This document shows, piece by piece, positions 8,713 to 18,945 of a DNA stretch of 64,000 bases. Source of the stretch: a phage. Under the pieces are notes generated by a model. It saw nothing but the letters and a program-made list of their open reading frames with translations. It was not told the DNA's origin and made no database searches. Each line of letters starts with the position of its first letter. Within the stretch, counting starts at the first letter, position 1. The position numbers and the translations under genes were made by a program. The stretch lies in sequence record PZ445526.1; one strand, written 5' to 3'.

Positions 8713-10890
8713 TTAGGCCGCAAGGGCCTTCATAGTTTTAGCGATTTGGGAAACTTCATCATCACTTAAAGAGTTGCGATAACCGATGAAGTCGGAAACA
8801 ATGCGGAATTTCTTGGTAAACTCAGCAACCATTTTATCACTGTTTTTTGAAGCATTATTTGATAATACATCAAAAAGATTAGTTACTGTCCAGATGTCAT
8901 GACCGATGGTATCTTTTCCACCATTAAAATATACACCCTGTAATGAACTAACCATATTAGCAAGTCGTGTATATTCTTCAGAAACTTCATCTACACTGAA
9001 GTACTTCATCATAAAATCTAATTCAGGATACTTGATAATTTTATCAATATATCGTTTAGCTGAACTTGAATAACCTACATACTTATCATAATCTACATCA
9101 TCAAAAGCATCTACATATAAATCACGCAAAGCTTCAAAAATACATTGGCACTGACCGAGTTCTTTTACCTTTTTCTGTAAAAGCGGACGAATAACATAAA
9201 ATTCATTAATGCCAATAAGATTAGCCATACGAATCAAAATATTCATAGATGGATTACAAAGAGATGTAGTACCATCCATAGAGAAAATATCAGAACGATG
9301 CATATACGCTACATAACCAGTAATTTCATCTGCTTCTGACGTAAGTGTAAATAGTTCCTCTTTTTCCCAGCGCCCGTCTTTAATTTCAAACTTAAATGCT
9401 GTAGCAGCTTTAGGACGAGGAGCTTTACTTTTAACTACCTTTGGAATATAGTTTTTAACTAAAGCTTCAATTTCTGACAAATAATGAATGTTAACTTCAT
9501 CACTTTCAAACATCGCCATAATATCAGGAAGCAAATCAATCTGCGATTCTACTTCTGGATTAATAAACAGAAGGCGTTCGTTGTGATGAATATTCAAAGT
9601 GTTATTAAATTCACTATCATCTAACGCACGTGCTAATCCACGGACAATATTAACACGATTTTTAATATTATCAATAACAATATTAATTTTTGTTGTATTA
9701 ATACCAAACAGACGATAACTTGATGCAACGGCTGAAGTTTCATGACTTTGCTTAATGCGCTTCAGTCGAGGGTCAAGATTTACTTCATACACAACTCCTG
9801 CATTACATAACTTACTATCAGGTTCAAACATGCTCTGCATCTTCTTATATGACAGATTTTTAGTCGTGAATTTGACTGAATTACTAATCATATAATCTCG
9901 AGCAGAATACCCCATCTTCATTAATTCGCGATATGTATGACGAGGAGATGTAGATTCTTTAAATCGTTTTACATCTTCATTAAATGCTTTCTCACTGAGT
10001 TCTTTAACTCGTTCAATAATATTTTTACGAGTACGATCATCCAATGAAAGAGCCTCACGAGATGGAGCAATATCAAGTGAACCCATTGGAAACTTAATGT
10101 AATTCACTTCATTACGGATGCTTAGCCAGTTACGGTCTCTAATAACACCATCGATAGGATAAACAATACCGCCATAGATAGCATATAATCCACCGCGATC
10201 AGGCCAGTATCTTTCTGGATTTACGCCGTAATAATCATCAAAATCCGGAAAATAGTCAATTTCACGGTCAAGGCCATTAATGATAGCCAAATCTTTGAAC
10301 GGTCGCATGATATAAGAAACTTCATAAGCAAAGTTTCTAAAGTCTTTTTCTTCAACTGGAACTACGATTTCAATACCAGTTTTATCATCTGGACCCATTT
10401 CTTTTACGAATGTAGGTTTAATCTGTGGGCCATCACCATCCATGTAAGCTACATAACCACGAATTTCACCTTTATGGTATGAAGTAATACTAAACGTATC
10501 AGTATAACTAAACGGAGATTTAGAACCTAAACCAAATCCACCAATAAAATCATTAGATTCAGCTTTAGATGAACTGAAGTATGAATTATACAGCCCAGGA
10601 GAATTATCATCACCCTGAATATCAAAATCACTCATACCCGGACCAAAATCTCGACAAACAAATCGCGGATCTAATCGTCCTGGAACTTGAATGATAAATT
10701 TTTCAGGATTTCCATTGAGAGCATGGGCATCAATCATGTTGGTAATCAATTCACGGACTACTGCGCGAATCTTGTTTGTATACAAATCAGATGACAGAAT
10801 TTTAAATACTTTAGGAGATGCTGTGATGCTAAATGCTTTTGATTTAGAACCATTACCAAGAATTGTTTCTTTTTCAGTGGTGATAATCAT
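8713..10890 (-). CDS. rIIA: rIIA protein
   Basis: 725 aa, N-terminal GHKL-like ATPase motifs ([16 protein letters not shown]); size and synteny match T4 rIIA. Confidence 0.9.
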   Translation of the reverse strand: MIITTEKETILGNGSKSKAFSITASPKVFKILSSDLYTNKIRAVVRELITNMIDAHALNGNPEKFIIQVPGRLDPRFVCRDFGPGMSDFDIQGDDNSPGLYNSYFSSSKAESNDFIGGFGLGSKSPFSYTDTFSITSYHKGEIRGYVAYMDGDGPQIKPTFVKEMGPDDKTGIEIVVPVEEKDFRNFAYEVSYIMRPFKDLAIINGLDREIDYFPDFDDYYGVNPERYWPDRGGLYAIYGGIVYPIDGVIRDRNWLSIRNEVNYIKFPMGSLDIAPSREALSLDDRTRKNIIERVKELSEKAFNEDVKRFKESTSPRHTYRELMKMGYSARDYMISNSVKFTTKNLSYKKMQSMFEPDSKLCNAGVVYEVNLDPRLKRIKQSHETSAVASSYRLFGINTTKINIVIDNIKNRVNIVRGLARALDDSEFNNTLNIHHNERLLFINPEVESQIDLLPDIMAMFESDEVNIHYLSEIEALVKNYIPKVVKSKAPRPKAATAFKFEIKDGRWEKEELFTLTSEADEITGYVAYMHRSDIFSMDGTTSLCNPSMNILIRMANLIGINEFYVIRPLLQKKVKELGQCQCIFEALRDLYVDAFDDVDYDKYVGYSSSAKRYIDKIIKYPELDFMMKYFSVDEVSEEYTRLANMVSSLQGVYFNGGKDTIGHDIWTVTNLFDVLSNNASKNSDKMVAEFTKKFRIVSDFIGYRNSLSDDEVSQIAKTMKALAA

Positions 10891-10900
10891 AATTTCCTCA

Positions 10901-11104
10901 TTAATTCATATTACGCTTAATAACTTCAGCAACTTCTAGTAATTCATCTTTAGTTGCGGTGTCGGATTGAATTTTATCTCTAATATCCTTAAAGCGGTTT
11001 TTAAATTCTTCGGCTTCTCCCATATCGAAAAAGCGTTGAATGATTCTATATTCTCGATGAACTGCTTTATCAAAAAGTTCTAAATTTACTCTATATGATT
11101 TCAT
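10901..11104 (-). CDS. hypothetical protein (67 aa)
   Basis: ORF track, ATG with SD GAGGA, driven by early promoter 11130-11159. Confidence 0.5.
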   Translation of the reverse strand: MKSYRVNLELFDKAVHREYRIIQRFFDMGEAEEFKNRFKDIRDKIQSDTATKDELLEVAEVIKRNMN

Positions 11105-11129
11105 TTCAATATCCTCATTTGCCCAATTA

Positions 11130-11159
11130 ATTATACCACATCCTTGTGGTAAAGTAAAC
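11130..11159 (-). promoter_or_regulatory. early promoter cassette
   Basis: GTTTAC-N18-TATAAT, TGG-extended; near-identical to 55101-55130. Confidence 0.6.
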
Positions 11160-12976
11160 TACTGGCTCATCCATTCTTTACGAAGGTCAGCATTATCTCC
11201 CATGAGCATTTCAAAAAGCTCTTTCCAGTTCTCAGGAAGTTTAACAACATCATATACTGGATTTTGAATCATTTCACGATATTCAGATTTTTCCAAAGAG
11301 CCAAGTCCTTTAATATAACGGATGCTATGTTTAGGTAGAGCATCTTTGGCACTCTCATATTCAGCGACTGTATAAAACCATTCTTGTTTTTTACCGACCT
11401 GAGCGATGATTACAGGAGTTTTGACAAAGCGAATTCGTCCTTGCTCAAACAATTCTGGCCAATTACTAAAAAACCCGAGCAGAGAAGGATAAATGCTTCC
11501 TAGACCATCATGGTCAGCATCAGTCATAATAGCAATATTGCGATAATTCAAGTTTTCAGCTTTTTCACCAAGAACTAGACCAGTGATTGCGCAAATATCA
11601 AATAGTTCTTTGTTTTTAAGCATATCGGCATATGACATACCCCAGCTATTAAGAACTTTACCACGCAATGGATAACCACCATGAAGTTCTTTATCGCGAA
11701 CATCAATAAGATATCCGATAGCAGAATCACCCTCAGTCAAGAAAAGAGTAGTATCAGCATCTTTACCACAAAGGTTCGCTTTGATATGTTTATGAACCTT
11801 AGCTTTAGAAGCCTTTTTAGCTGCTTTAGTTTCAGCTGCTTTTTCTGCTGCCAATTTACGGGCCAAGGCAGCTTCAATAATTGGCATCAAAATAGCTTCA
11901 TTATTTAGAATAGCGCGTGAAATCTTTTTAGCATCAAGCTGAATATGACTACGAATTTCGCCAAATGGAGAAGTCAAACGCTCTTTAGTTTGAGAATCAA
12001 ATCGCATGTTTTTCATATCACGAACAAACATAACGATAGTCAAACATTCTTTAACACGTGCTTTAGTCACATCAATTTTGAACTTACGTTTGATTTGTGG
12101 AATAAGGTCTTCACAAATATCATCCATAACACAATCAATGTGATGGCCACCATTCTTAGTATGAATGTTATTGACGTACGTCAACTGACGAAAACCATCC
12201 GGTGAACGACCAACCGCAATAGAACAATTTTCTTGTTCTTGAACAATAGCATGTTCATCATACTGTCGTGCATATTTCTTAAAATTGCCCTGAACCTTTT
12301 TACCATTAAAGGTAAATTGAATATCAGGATAAACAACAGCAAGTGTCTGGAGACGATCTAGTGTAATGTCAAGATAAACTTGGGACAGCTCATTAGTTTC
12401 AAATGACATAAAATCAGGAATGAAAGTAACACGGGTTCCTTTCCATTTTCCAGGAATATCTTCCCATGATTTATTTTCCATGCCATTTGAACAACGAACT
12501 ACAATATTATTTTGACCATCACCAGTTTCACCAACAAACATCACAGAAAAAATGTTTGTCAAACTAGAACCAACACCATTCATACCGCCAGTGACGCGTT
12601 CTTTATCATCGCCGAAGTTACCACCTGCTTTTGGAATAGTCCAAGCAGCAACTGGACCAGGAATTTCTTCACCGGTAGGTGTTTTAACCATAGCCTGTGG
12701 AATACCACGACCGTTATCTTCAACTGTTACTTGATTGTTTTTAATAGTAACATTAATTTTATTTGCGAATTTAAACTTAGTACGAATACCTTCATCGACT
12801 GAGTTATCGATAATTTCATCAATAAGCTTAACAAGACCAGGTACATACTGAACACTTTCCCATTTACCAAACAGAAAGCGCTCATGCATTTCATTAGCAG
12901 AAGAGCCAATATACATGCCGCTACGCTTTTTGATATGTTCAATATCGCTCAGAATTTTAATTTCATTCTTAATCAT
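11159..12976 (-). CDS. 39: DNA topoisomerase II large subunit gp39 (GyrB-like), unsplit
   Basis: 605 aa from ATG at 12976; GHKL ATPase motifs (EIIDNSVDE, DNGRGIP, GGMNGVGSS) and Toprim (EGDSA, DADHDG) in one ORF. Confidence 0.9.
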   Translation of the reverse strand: MIKNEIKILSDIEHIKKRSGMYIGSSANEMHERFLFGKWESVQYVPGLVKLIDEIIDNSVDEGIRTKFKFANKINVTIKNNQVTVEDNGRGIPQAMVKTPTGEEIPGPVAAWTIPKAGGNFGDDKERVTGGMNGVGSSLTNIFSVMFVGETGDGQNNIVVRCSNGMENKSWEDIPGKWKGTRVTFIPDFMSFETNELSQVYLDITLDRLQTLAVVYPDIQFTFNGKKVQGNFKKYARQYDEHAIVQEQENCSIAVGRSPDGFRQLTYVNNIHTKNGGHHIDCVMDDICEDLIPQIKRKFKIDVTKARVKECLTIVMFVRDMKNMRFDSQTKERLTSPFGEIRSHIQLDAKKISRAILNNEAILMPIIEAALARKLAAEKAAETKAAKKASKAKVHKHIKANLCGKDADTTLFLTEGDSAIGYLIDVRDKELHGGYPLRGKVLNSWGMSYADMLKNKELFDICAITGLVLGEKAENLNYRNIAIMTDADHDGLGSIYPSLLGFFSNWPELFEQGRIRFVKTPVIIAQVGKKQEWFYTVAEYESAKDALPKHSIRYIKGLGSLEKSEYREMIQNPVYDVVKLPENWKELFEMLMGDNADLRKEWMSQ

Positions 12977-13003
12977 CACTTATCCTCGTTTGGTTTCGGG
13001 AAT

Positions 13004-13029
13004 ATTATACTCCGGTAATCATAAAGCTA
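13004..13029 (-). promoter_or_regulatory. candidate middle-type promoter for gene 39
   Basis: TATAAT preceded at 11 nt by MotA-box-like AGCTTTAT, directly after a UUCG hairpin. Confidence 0.35.
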
Positions 13030-13046
13030 AAGGCCCGAAGGCCTTT
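13029..13046 (-). terminator. UUCG hairpin downstream of lipoprotein gene
   Basis: AAAGGCC-UUCG-GGCCUUU. Confidence 0.45.
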
Positions 13047-13306
13047 TATTTAAAACGGATAGTCGAATCCTTGAAGAATAGACCAGAACATACTGTTCCT
13101 TCTACTTTCTGCCCAGTAGGTCCAACAGCACGAAATCCAGTGTGTTGGAAATCATTTTCAGAGCAACCGAACCAGTTATATCCAGTGATTTCAATATTAG
13201 TAAAACCACTTGAAGACAAAACTTTGGTTGCATTATCAGCATCAGTACATCCTACTAAAGACACTGCTAATACTAATGCTGCGATAGAACGATTAATATA
13301 TTTCAT
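13046..13306 (-). CDS. putative lipoprotein (86 aa)
   Basis: Track ORF starts at GTG; ATG at 13306 gives signal peptide ending LVGC (lipobox). Confidence 0.55.
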   Translation of the reverse strand: MKYINRSIAALVLAVSLVGCTDADNATKVLSSSGFTNIEITGYNWFGCSENDFQHTGFRAVGPTGQKVEGTVCSGLFFKDSTIRFK

Positions 13307-13311
13307 AATTT

Positions 13312-13683
13312 TCACTTAAATTTAATGGCTTGAAGAAGACTAATAACTCTCAAGCGACTTCTTTCATCTTTAACTGTAAAGGAAAGAGGGTCACCAGATT
13401 TCATAGTGATAGTGCATCCAAAATCAAAATTTTCGGGAACTTCTTCGAAGAAGTCAAATTCTTCAGCATAAATTAGAACATTACTCTGCATACTGTGAAG
13501 AATTTTTCCATTATTTCCAGACGCTGTACTAATCATCGTAACATTATGACCTTTCATATCTTCAACGATAAATTCGCTTGAAGATATTACAGCATTAATA
13601 GAACCATTCCTATAAATAGCAGACATTAGATATTTCTTTTCTTCGCCTTCGCGAATACGATATTTCTTACCGATTTTAAACAT
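13312..13683 (-). CDS. hypothetical protein (123 aa)
   Basis: ORF track trimmed from GTG to ATG at 13683. Confidence 0.55.
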   Translation of the reverse strand: MFKIGKKYRIREGEEKKYLMSAIYRNGSINAVISSSEFIVEDMKGHNVTMISTASGNNGKILHSMQSNVLIYAEEFDFFEEVPENFDFGCTITMKSGDPLSFTVKDERSRLRVISLLQAIKFK

Positions 13684-13685
13684 AA

Positions 13686-13862
13686 TCACCCTTTAAGTAA
13701 GTCGTAAAATCCACCATTCACATGCTTAGGAGCAGAAGGCCGACGAGTAGACAAACGATGACATTTAGGACAAACATCATTTTCTCGTTCAGAAATCTTT
13801 TTAATTTTTTCATATTCATGCCCGCAGTCTTCAGATTGGCATTTATAATCATACATTGGCAT
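13686..13862 (-). CDS. 58-aa zinc-ribbon micro-protein (not in ORF track)
   Basis: MPMYDYKCQSEDCGHEYEKIKKISERENDVCPKCHRL...: CxxxxC ... CxxC; stop overlaps next ATG region. Confidence 0.45.
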   Translation of the reverse strand: MPMYDYKCQSEDCGHEYEKIKKISERENDVCPKCHRLSTRRPSAPKHVNGGFYDLLKG

Positions 13863-13864
13863 AA

Positions 13865-14269
13865 TTATTCCTTAAAATGAGCTTTCAGCATCTGATACAA
13901 AGACCATGCTTGTTCATTATTTTCAATAGTAACTTTCATGACCGGGAATTCTGTGAAATCTTCTATCTGTTCTTGCTCTTCAGAAGCTTGGTATGGATTT
14001 TCCACTTCATCAAAGAACTCTGCTTCATTCGTGGAGAGCCAGATAAAGTTTTCGTCAAGGATATCAGCGCCGGCACAACGTTTGAGTACACCTGTGGATG
14101 TCACAATTTTAGTAGGACGACTTAGATGGTCAGCATCTAAAATTTTAAAAGGCTCCATACCTAAACGTCGTGCATAGATTCCGTTATCAGTATGGTCTTT
14201 AATAAAATTTTCTTGTGCTTGTTTATTTTTAAATTGATACCATTTATTAACTTCAAATTTAATAGCCAT
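13865..14269 (-). CDS. hypothetical protein (134 aa)
   Basis: ORF track, ATG start; stop abuts next ATG. Confidence 0.55.
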   Translation of the reverse strand: MAIKFEVNKWYQFKNKQAQENFIKDHTDNGIYARRLGMEPFKILDADHLSRPTKIVTSTGVLKRCAGADILDENFIWLSTNEAEFFDEVENPYQASEEQEQIEDFTEFPVMKVTIENNEQAWSLYQMLKAHFKE

Positions 14270-14484
14270 TAATAAATTTCCTTCCAGTAAGTTGTGCCGT
14301 CTTCAGTAATTTCACGAAATACACCGTAAATTGGCTGTTTATCACCGACTTTCTCATACACATAAACCGAAGTCAAGTGAGTAAACTTAACGGTATGTTC
14401 CTTTTGAACCACTACCAAATCTGGATCAAATAATACATCTTCAAATTCGTCATTAGTGCAATTCTGAACAATTTTACGTTTCAT
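14269..14484 (-). CDS. hypothetical protein (71 aa), possible cef equivalent
   Basis: ORF track, ATG start; size and position only. Confidence 0.5.
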   Translation of the reverse strand: MKRKIVQNCTNDEFEDVLFDPDLVVVQKEHTVKFTHLTSVYVYEKVGDKQPIYGVFREITEDGTTYWKEIY

Positions 14485-14497
14485 TACAATTTCCTCA

Positions 14498-14770
14498 TTA
14501 ATTAAATAGTGGAGCGATACGTTTCAGAAGAGTAGCAACACCTTTAGCGAATTTTACATCATGAAAAACAGTTTCTTCTTCTGTAACAACACGAACTTTA
14601 ATATTTTCGCAATCCCAATTTTTGCGAACAATCTTCAAAAGCTGTAGTAAATCTTTACATTCAGCAATATCAATAACACATCCACGAGAATCTTCCATTA
14701 TCGCACGATAACCGTAAGCCATACCATAATCGTTGAAAGATTGTTCGATGATGATGATTAAGTTTTCCAT
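14498..14770 (-). CDS. hypothetical protein (90 aa)
   Basis: Track ORF starts at TTG inside leader; ATG at 14770 follows SD GGAGAA. Confidence 0.5.
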   Translation of the reverse strand: MENLIIIIEQSFNDYGMAYGYRAIMEDSRGCVIDIAECKDLLQLLKIVRKNWDCENIKVRVVTEEETVFHDVKFAKGVATLLKRIAPLFN

Positions 14771-14794
14771 TTTATTCTCCAAGTTGTTTTCTGT

Positions 14795-14837
14795 ATCAGT
14801 AGTTGATATTGATATAGTACCATAATCAACTACTGAT
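14795..14837. repeat. perfect 13-bp inverted repeat with 17-bp spacer
   Basis: ATCAGTAGTTGAT (14795-14807) / ATCAACTACTGAT (14825-14837); spacer contains TGGTACTAT -10-like element. Confidence 0.7.
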
Positions 14838-14867
14838 GTATATAGTTTTATGAAAAAATTTTAAACT

Positions 14868-15359
14868 TTATGCACAGCGAGCTTTGCTATAGTGTTTAAT
14901 CCAACTTTCAGGAATGACTTTGTATGTTCCTAAAAATACCACATTATACAACTTAACACCGTCTTCTACCCATTGATCGGTAATGTATGCACACATAGCG
15001 CGAGTACGATTAACAACACCTTCCTCACCTTCAGTAAATTCAAACTCATAAGGAGCAACGAACTTGATAGCTTGACCGAGTTTCCACTTAAAGTCTACGC
15101 CTACATGCGAAGTATCAATCGTTTCAATTCCTTTAGCAGGAACAGCTTTCAAAAACGCAGACTCAAGAAATTTCGCACGAACATAGCCAAACTGGGGTTT
15201 AGACTTTCCATCTTTAGGAATGATACGAACTTTTACTTCAGAATCTTCATCTTTAACACCATGCTTAAGCTGAATGCTTACAACTTCGACCAATTTTCCT
15301 GCTGCTTTAGAGCGGGATTTATCAGATACACGAGCTAATTCACCAATATTAATAATCAT
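14868..15359 (-). CDS. hypothetical 163-aa protein, probable MotB equivalent
   Basis: Size (T4 MotB ~162 aa) and position between gene 39 and dexA; early promoter 15403-15432 upstream. Confidence 0.5.
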   Translation of the reverse strand: MIINIGELARVSDKSRSKAAGKLVEVVSIQLKHGVKDEDSEVKVRIIPKDGKSKPQFGYVRAKFLESAFLKAVPAKGIETIDTSHVGVDFKWKLGQAIKFVAPYEFEFTEGEEGVVNRTRAMCAYITDQWVEDGVKLYNVVFLGTYKVIPESWIKHYSKARCA

Positions 15360-15402
15360 AGTTATCTCTCACTTGTTAAAAGATTTTATACTCCACGGGA
15401 CC

Positions 15403-15432
15403 ATTATACTCTGGTCCCAAAAGTTTGTAAAC
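15403..15432 (-). promoter_or_regulatory. early promoter for MotB-like gene
   Basis: GTTTAC-N18-TATAAT. Confidence 0.55.
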
Positions 15433-15866
15433 TAGCTTACACGAACATTAATCACTGCGCTACGAGGAACTACAGAGTATTCTCCAGCATGAACTACGTT
15501 CAGAAGTTCAACGCCATCTTCAATCCACTGGTCAGTTACCCAACCACCAATCGGATTCGCGAATGGACGACGAATGTAAACCGCCTTACACAACAAATCA
15601 GTCGGATCTTCAGGTTTTTCAATTTCTGTCAATAGATTAAAATCTTCTTCATAGATGATGAATGATGATACCCTTCCATAATAGTTTCTAATTTCCATGT
15701 ACACTGTACCAATGAGAATTCCGCTATTAACACTAATAACAGTAAAAGGATATCCGCCAGTTGTACCAAGAAGTTCCCAAAACTTGCTATCAGTCGTATT
15801 TGACATTGTCTGGAAATCAATTTCAGATGGTTTTTTCATTTGATACGCAGTATTAATTTTAATCAT
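15432..15866 (-). CDS. hypothetical 144-aa protein, paralog of the MotB-like ORF
   Basis: C-terminal motif TDQWIEDGVELLNVVHAGEY parallels TDQWVEDGVKLYNVVFLGTY in 14868..15359. Confidence 0.55.
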   Translation of the reverse strand: MIKINTAYQMKKPSEIDFQTMSNTTDSKFWELLGTTGGYPFTVISVNSGILIGTVYMEIRNYYGRVSSFIIYEEDFNLLTEIEKPEDPTDLLCKAVYIRRPFANPIGGWVTDQWIEDGVELLNVVHAGEYSVVPRSAVINVRVS

Positions 15867-15876
15867 GATTTTCTCT

Positions 15877-16377
15877 TTAATCTAAAGTAATAAAGCCTTT
15901 TAATTCGGCATGTGATTTGCGGAACATTACTTGGTGCCCGCCAATGATAACTTGATCATCTGGAACTTCGTATACAGCGAGATAAAATCCTTTAGAAGAT
16001 AATTCTTCACGCTCTTCTCGTGTGAACCATCTCATCATATCATATTCGCTAGCGAAAGCAAAATGATAAAGAGCTATAAACCATCCTGGAATATGATATT
16101 CTACTCCAACATAATCTTTCTTGAACTTAATATTAATTGCTATATTAGCATTTTTAACTAATAATTTGTCTTCGTGCGGAAGAGGAATTCTTTTATTATC
16201 ATTACTATGATGCATAAAATTAGGTCTGTCATAACCTACGTGTAATAACCACTCTTCGCTCCATGAATCTATTATACTCCTGTATGGCGTTATTTGAACA
16301 CAAAGATTTCGACGTATTGTTATAGCATCTTCATAATTAAGAATACTAAACGATGATTCAACACGATAAATTTTCAT
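15877..16377 (-). CDS. hypothetical protein (166 aa)
   Basis: ORF track, ATG start, early promoter 16405-16434 upstream. Confidence 0.55.
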   Translation of the reverse strand: MKIYRVESSFSILNYEDAITIRRNLCVQITPYRSIIDSWSEEWLLHVGYDRPNFMHHSNDNKRIPLPHEDKLLVKNANIAINIKFKKDYVGVEYHIPGWFIALYHFAFASEYDMMRWFTREEREELSSKGFYLAVYEVPDDQVIIGGHQVMFRKSHAELKGFITLD

Positions 16378-16404
16378 TTTATTATCCTCAGTAGCTATGG
16401 TGTT

Positions 16405-16434
16405 ATAATACCATAACTAACCGAGGAAGTAAAC
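16405..16434 (-). promoter_or_regulatory. early promoter cassette
   Basis: GTTTAC-N18-TATTAT, TGG-extended. Confidence 0.6.
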
Positions 16435-16440
16435 AACTTT

Positions 16441-17124
16441 TTATCGTTTTGTTGGAAGAGATAGAGGATCGCAATCTTCCTCTGATGGAGCATCTTCAAG
16501 ACCCATAGCATATCGCAAAGCGTACTTCATCATCAGGATGTCTTTCGCACAGTCATGAATAGAATCATGTGCAACGAATCCATCTAAAGTTCCCTTTGGA
16601 AGAGGACATGTGGTCATATCACGAACAAGGAGAAGTGCTTCAATTCTGGTACGAATATCACGCTGATTCCAGAATTTACATGGTTCTAGCTTAAATGTGT
16701 CAAGTTCATTCTCAGAAACACCATTAAGACGTTGAATATCACGAATTAGATCGACTAAAATTGGAAAATCAAACGACATTCCACGGCACCAGCCTTGAGA
16801 TTTCCAAGGATCGATATTATGCGCATTGATGTAATCATTAAATTTTGCAATACCATCGATGGTGCTTACATCTTCATCTGATGGTGCAATATTTTTTCGA
16901 GCTTCAGGAGATTGATTCTTCCACCATTCGATAGTACTTTTAGTAAAAAGACGATGTCCTTTTTGGCTTTTTAAATCAAATTTGATTTTAATGCCGCGTG
17001 AAACTAATTCATCAAATGTTTCAACTACTTCTGGGTTAGGGTCAAAAGCAATTACAGCTAAATCAATAACAGCTGCTTTTTCACCACTTCCCATTGTTTC
17101 AAAATCTATAATAAAATCAAACAT
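16441..17124 (-). CDS. dexA: exonuclease A (DnaQ-like 3'-5' exonuclease)
   Basis: 227 aa; DEDDh motifs (FDFIIDFETMG, HDSIHDCAKD); size matches T4 DexA. Confidence 0.85.
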   Translation of the reverse strand: MFDFIIDFETMGSGEKAAVIDLAVIAFDPNPEVVETFDELVSRGIKIKFDLKSQKGHRLFTKSTIEWWKNQSPEARKNIAPSDEDVSTIDGIAKFNDYINAHNIDPWKSQGWCRGMSFDFPILVDLIRDIQRLNGVSENELDTFKLEPCKFWNQRDIRTRIEALLLVRDMTTCPLPKGTLDGFVAHDSIHDCAKDILMMKYALRYAMGLEDAPSEEDCDPLSLPTKR

Positions 17125-17366
17125 TAAATTTTCCTTGCTAAATCGCGAATTTGACCTACAGTATAGTCTTGAATATAAACTTTATTAATAGGTTCATCAA
17201 TAAATTTTGCCATAGATTCAATATCTTTTTGCATCTCTTCAAGACTGTATATTATCTTTAAAGCTTTTTCGCGAATAGTAATATTTTCAGGACCAGAATT
17301 TTTCTCAATGACAGCTTTAACATTTGTCATAAGAGATTTAAACTGACACCAACTTAATTCAATCAT
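17124..17366 (-). CDS. hypothetical protein (80 aa)
   Basis: Track ORF starts at GTG 17399; internal ATG at 17366 chosen; true start uncertain. Confidence 0.4.
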   Translation of the reverse strand: MIELSWCQFKSLMTNVKAVIEKNSGPENITIREKALKIIYSLEEMQKDIESMAKFIDEPINKVYIQDYTVGQIRDLARKI

Positions 17367-17619
17367 TAATAACCGCCTTATAAAGATGGCTAATTTCACC
17401 TAAAATGTAATCACCGATTGTAACAGTTTTTACTTCACCACAAAAGAATTCTAACGCAATTAAATCTCGTTCAATTTCTTCCAATTGAAGCATTAACTTG
17501 CCTGATTCAGTTTTCACATTTTTGCGATTTTTGCTATAAGCTATTTCATAAATTTCGCTTACTTTATCTTGAAGAAGATAAAACTGATCTTTAGTTATTT
17601 CCACGAATAGCTTCCTCAA
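17359..17619 (-). CDS. hypothetical protein (about 86 aa)
   Basis: ORF track (TTG start); GTG 15 nt downstream has SD GAGGAAG; true start uncertain. Confidence 0.4.
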   Translation of the reverse strand: MRKLFVEITKDQFYLLQDKVSEIYEIAYSKNRKNVKTESGKLMLQLEEIERDLIALEFFCGEVKTVTIGDYILGEISHLYKAVIND

Positions 17620-17625
17620 ATTTAA

Positions 17626-18945
17626 TCATACATAAAATACATCATAACGACCACGGGTGACACCAACATAAAGAAGTTGTTGAGCCAATTCAGCATCTGC
17701 ATAATGAATACAAGGCGTATAAATGAAAGCACGGTCTACAGACATACCCTGTGCTTTATGGAATGTTGATGCAGGAAGTGCTTTCACTTTACTAAACTGT
17801 GATTTAGCATCCCAAAAATCACTCCACGGAGCTTTTCCACCTTTATTCCAGTTTTTATAAGTTTCTGCTGTTTTACCTAAAAATAGGTTAAACTTATATA
17901 GCTCTTCATCAGATGAAATTATTTTAATCTTTTCACGATAATATTCATCATCGCCGTAAGTTTCTACTGTTAAATCCCAATGACGAATTAAGTATTCTCC
18001 AGGAACACCACGAGCTTTAACAAACGTTGATGTATACTCTGCTTCTATAATACGAACTAACTGTCCGTTATTAAAAATAATTTCTGACACAGGCTTTCCA
18101 TCAATTTTATATGTTTTAATTAATGGTTCCTGCATTACAATAATTTCACCGACAATAAAATCTTTATCAGTTTCAAAAATCTTTTTACGAATAATGCTAT
18201 TTAACTTGTCAACAGATTTATTCGTAAATGCCATTACGCGATTTTCAAACAAATCATCTAGTGATTTGACGATTGAAAAATAATTTACCATAAAATCGCG
18301 TAAAGCGGTATCACCAGTAAATCCACGTACTCCATGCCCGTCAACAACTTTATCATAAATCCACTTACCGTTGCGAACATCAGTAGCTACATCAATAATA
18401 GGAGCATTACTGCGTTTAACTTCAGTAAGTTCACACTGATAAAAATCTTTGTGTGTAAAGAATGGACTGATATAAGCAGTATTTTCTCCTGGGTCAACAG
18501 GTCTAATTTGCTTATTATCACCTATTCCAATTATAGTACACCAAGGTGGGATAGTTGAAAGCAGAATTTTAAATAGCTTTCTATCATACATTGATACTTC
18601 GTCGCAGATTAATACCCTGCATTTAGCTAAATCTGGTACTTCCTTCTGTTCAAAAAGAACATTTTCTTCATATGTTACTGGGTTAATTTTAAGAATACTA
18701 TGAATAGTACTCGCTTCTTTCCCTGATAGTTTTGAAAGAATCTTTTTAGCTGCATGAGTAGGAGCTGCTAAAATAATACCAGTTTCACCCGTAGATATTA
18801 AAGCTTCAATGATGAACTTAGTAAGAGTAGTCTTACCGGTACCGGCAGGTCCATTAATAGTTACATGGTGTTTCTTTTCTTTAATAGCCTTCATAACAAT
18901 GTTAAAAGCATTTTTCTGGCCTTCGGTCAAATCATCAAATGTCAT
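17626..18945 (-). CDS. dda: Dda DNA helicase (SF1)
   Basis: 439 aa, Walker A GPAGTGKT near N-terminus; size and position match T4 Dda. Confidence 0.9.
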   Translation of the reverse strand: MTFDDLTEGQKNAFNIVMKAIKEKKHHVTINGPAGTGKTTLTKFIIEALISTGETGIILAAPTHAAKKILSKLSGKEASTIHSILKINPVTYEENVLFEQKEVPDLAKCRVLICDEVSMYDRKLFKILLSTIPPWCTIIGIGDNKQIRPVDPGENTAYISPFFTHKDFYQCELTEVKRSNAPIIDVATDVRNGKWIYDKVVDGHGVRGFTGDTALRDFMVNYFSIVKSLDDLFENRVMAFTNKSVDKLNSIIRKKIFETDKDFIVGEIIVMQEPLIKTYKIDGKPVSEIIFNNGQLVRIIEAEYTSTFVKARGVPGEYLIRHWDLTVETYGDDEYYREKIKIISSDEELYKFNLFLGKTAETYKNWNKGGKAPWSDFWDAKSQFSKVKALPASTFHKAQGMSVDRAFIYTPCIHYADAELAQQLLYVGVTRGRYDVFYV

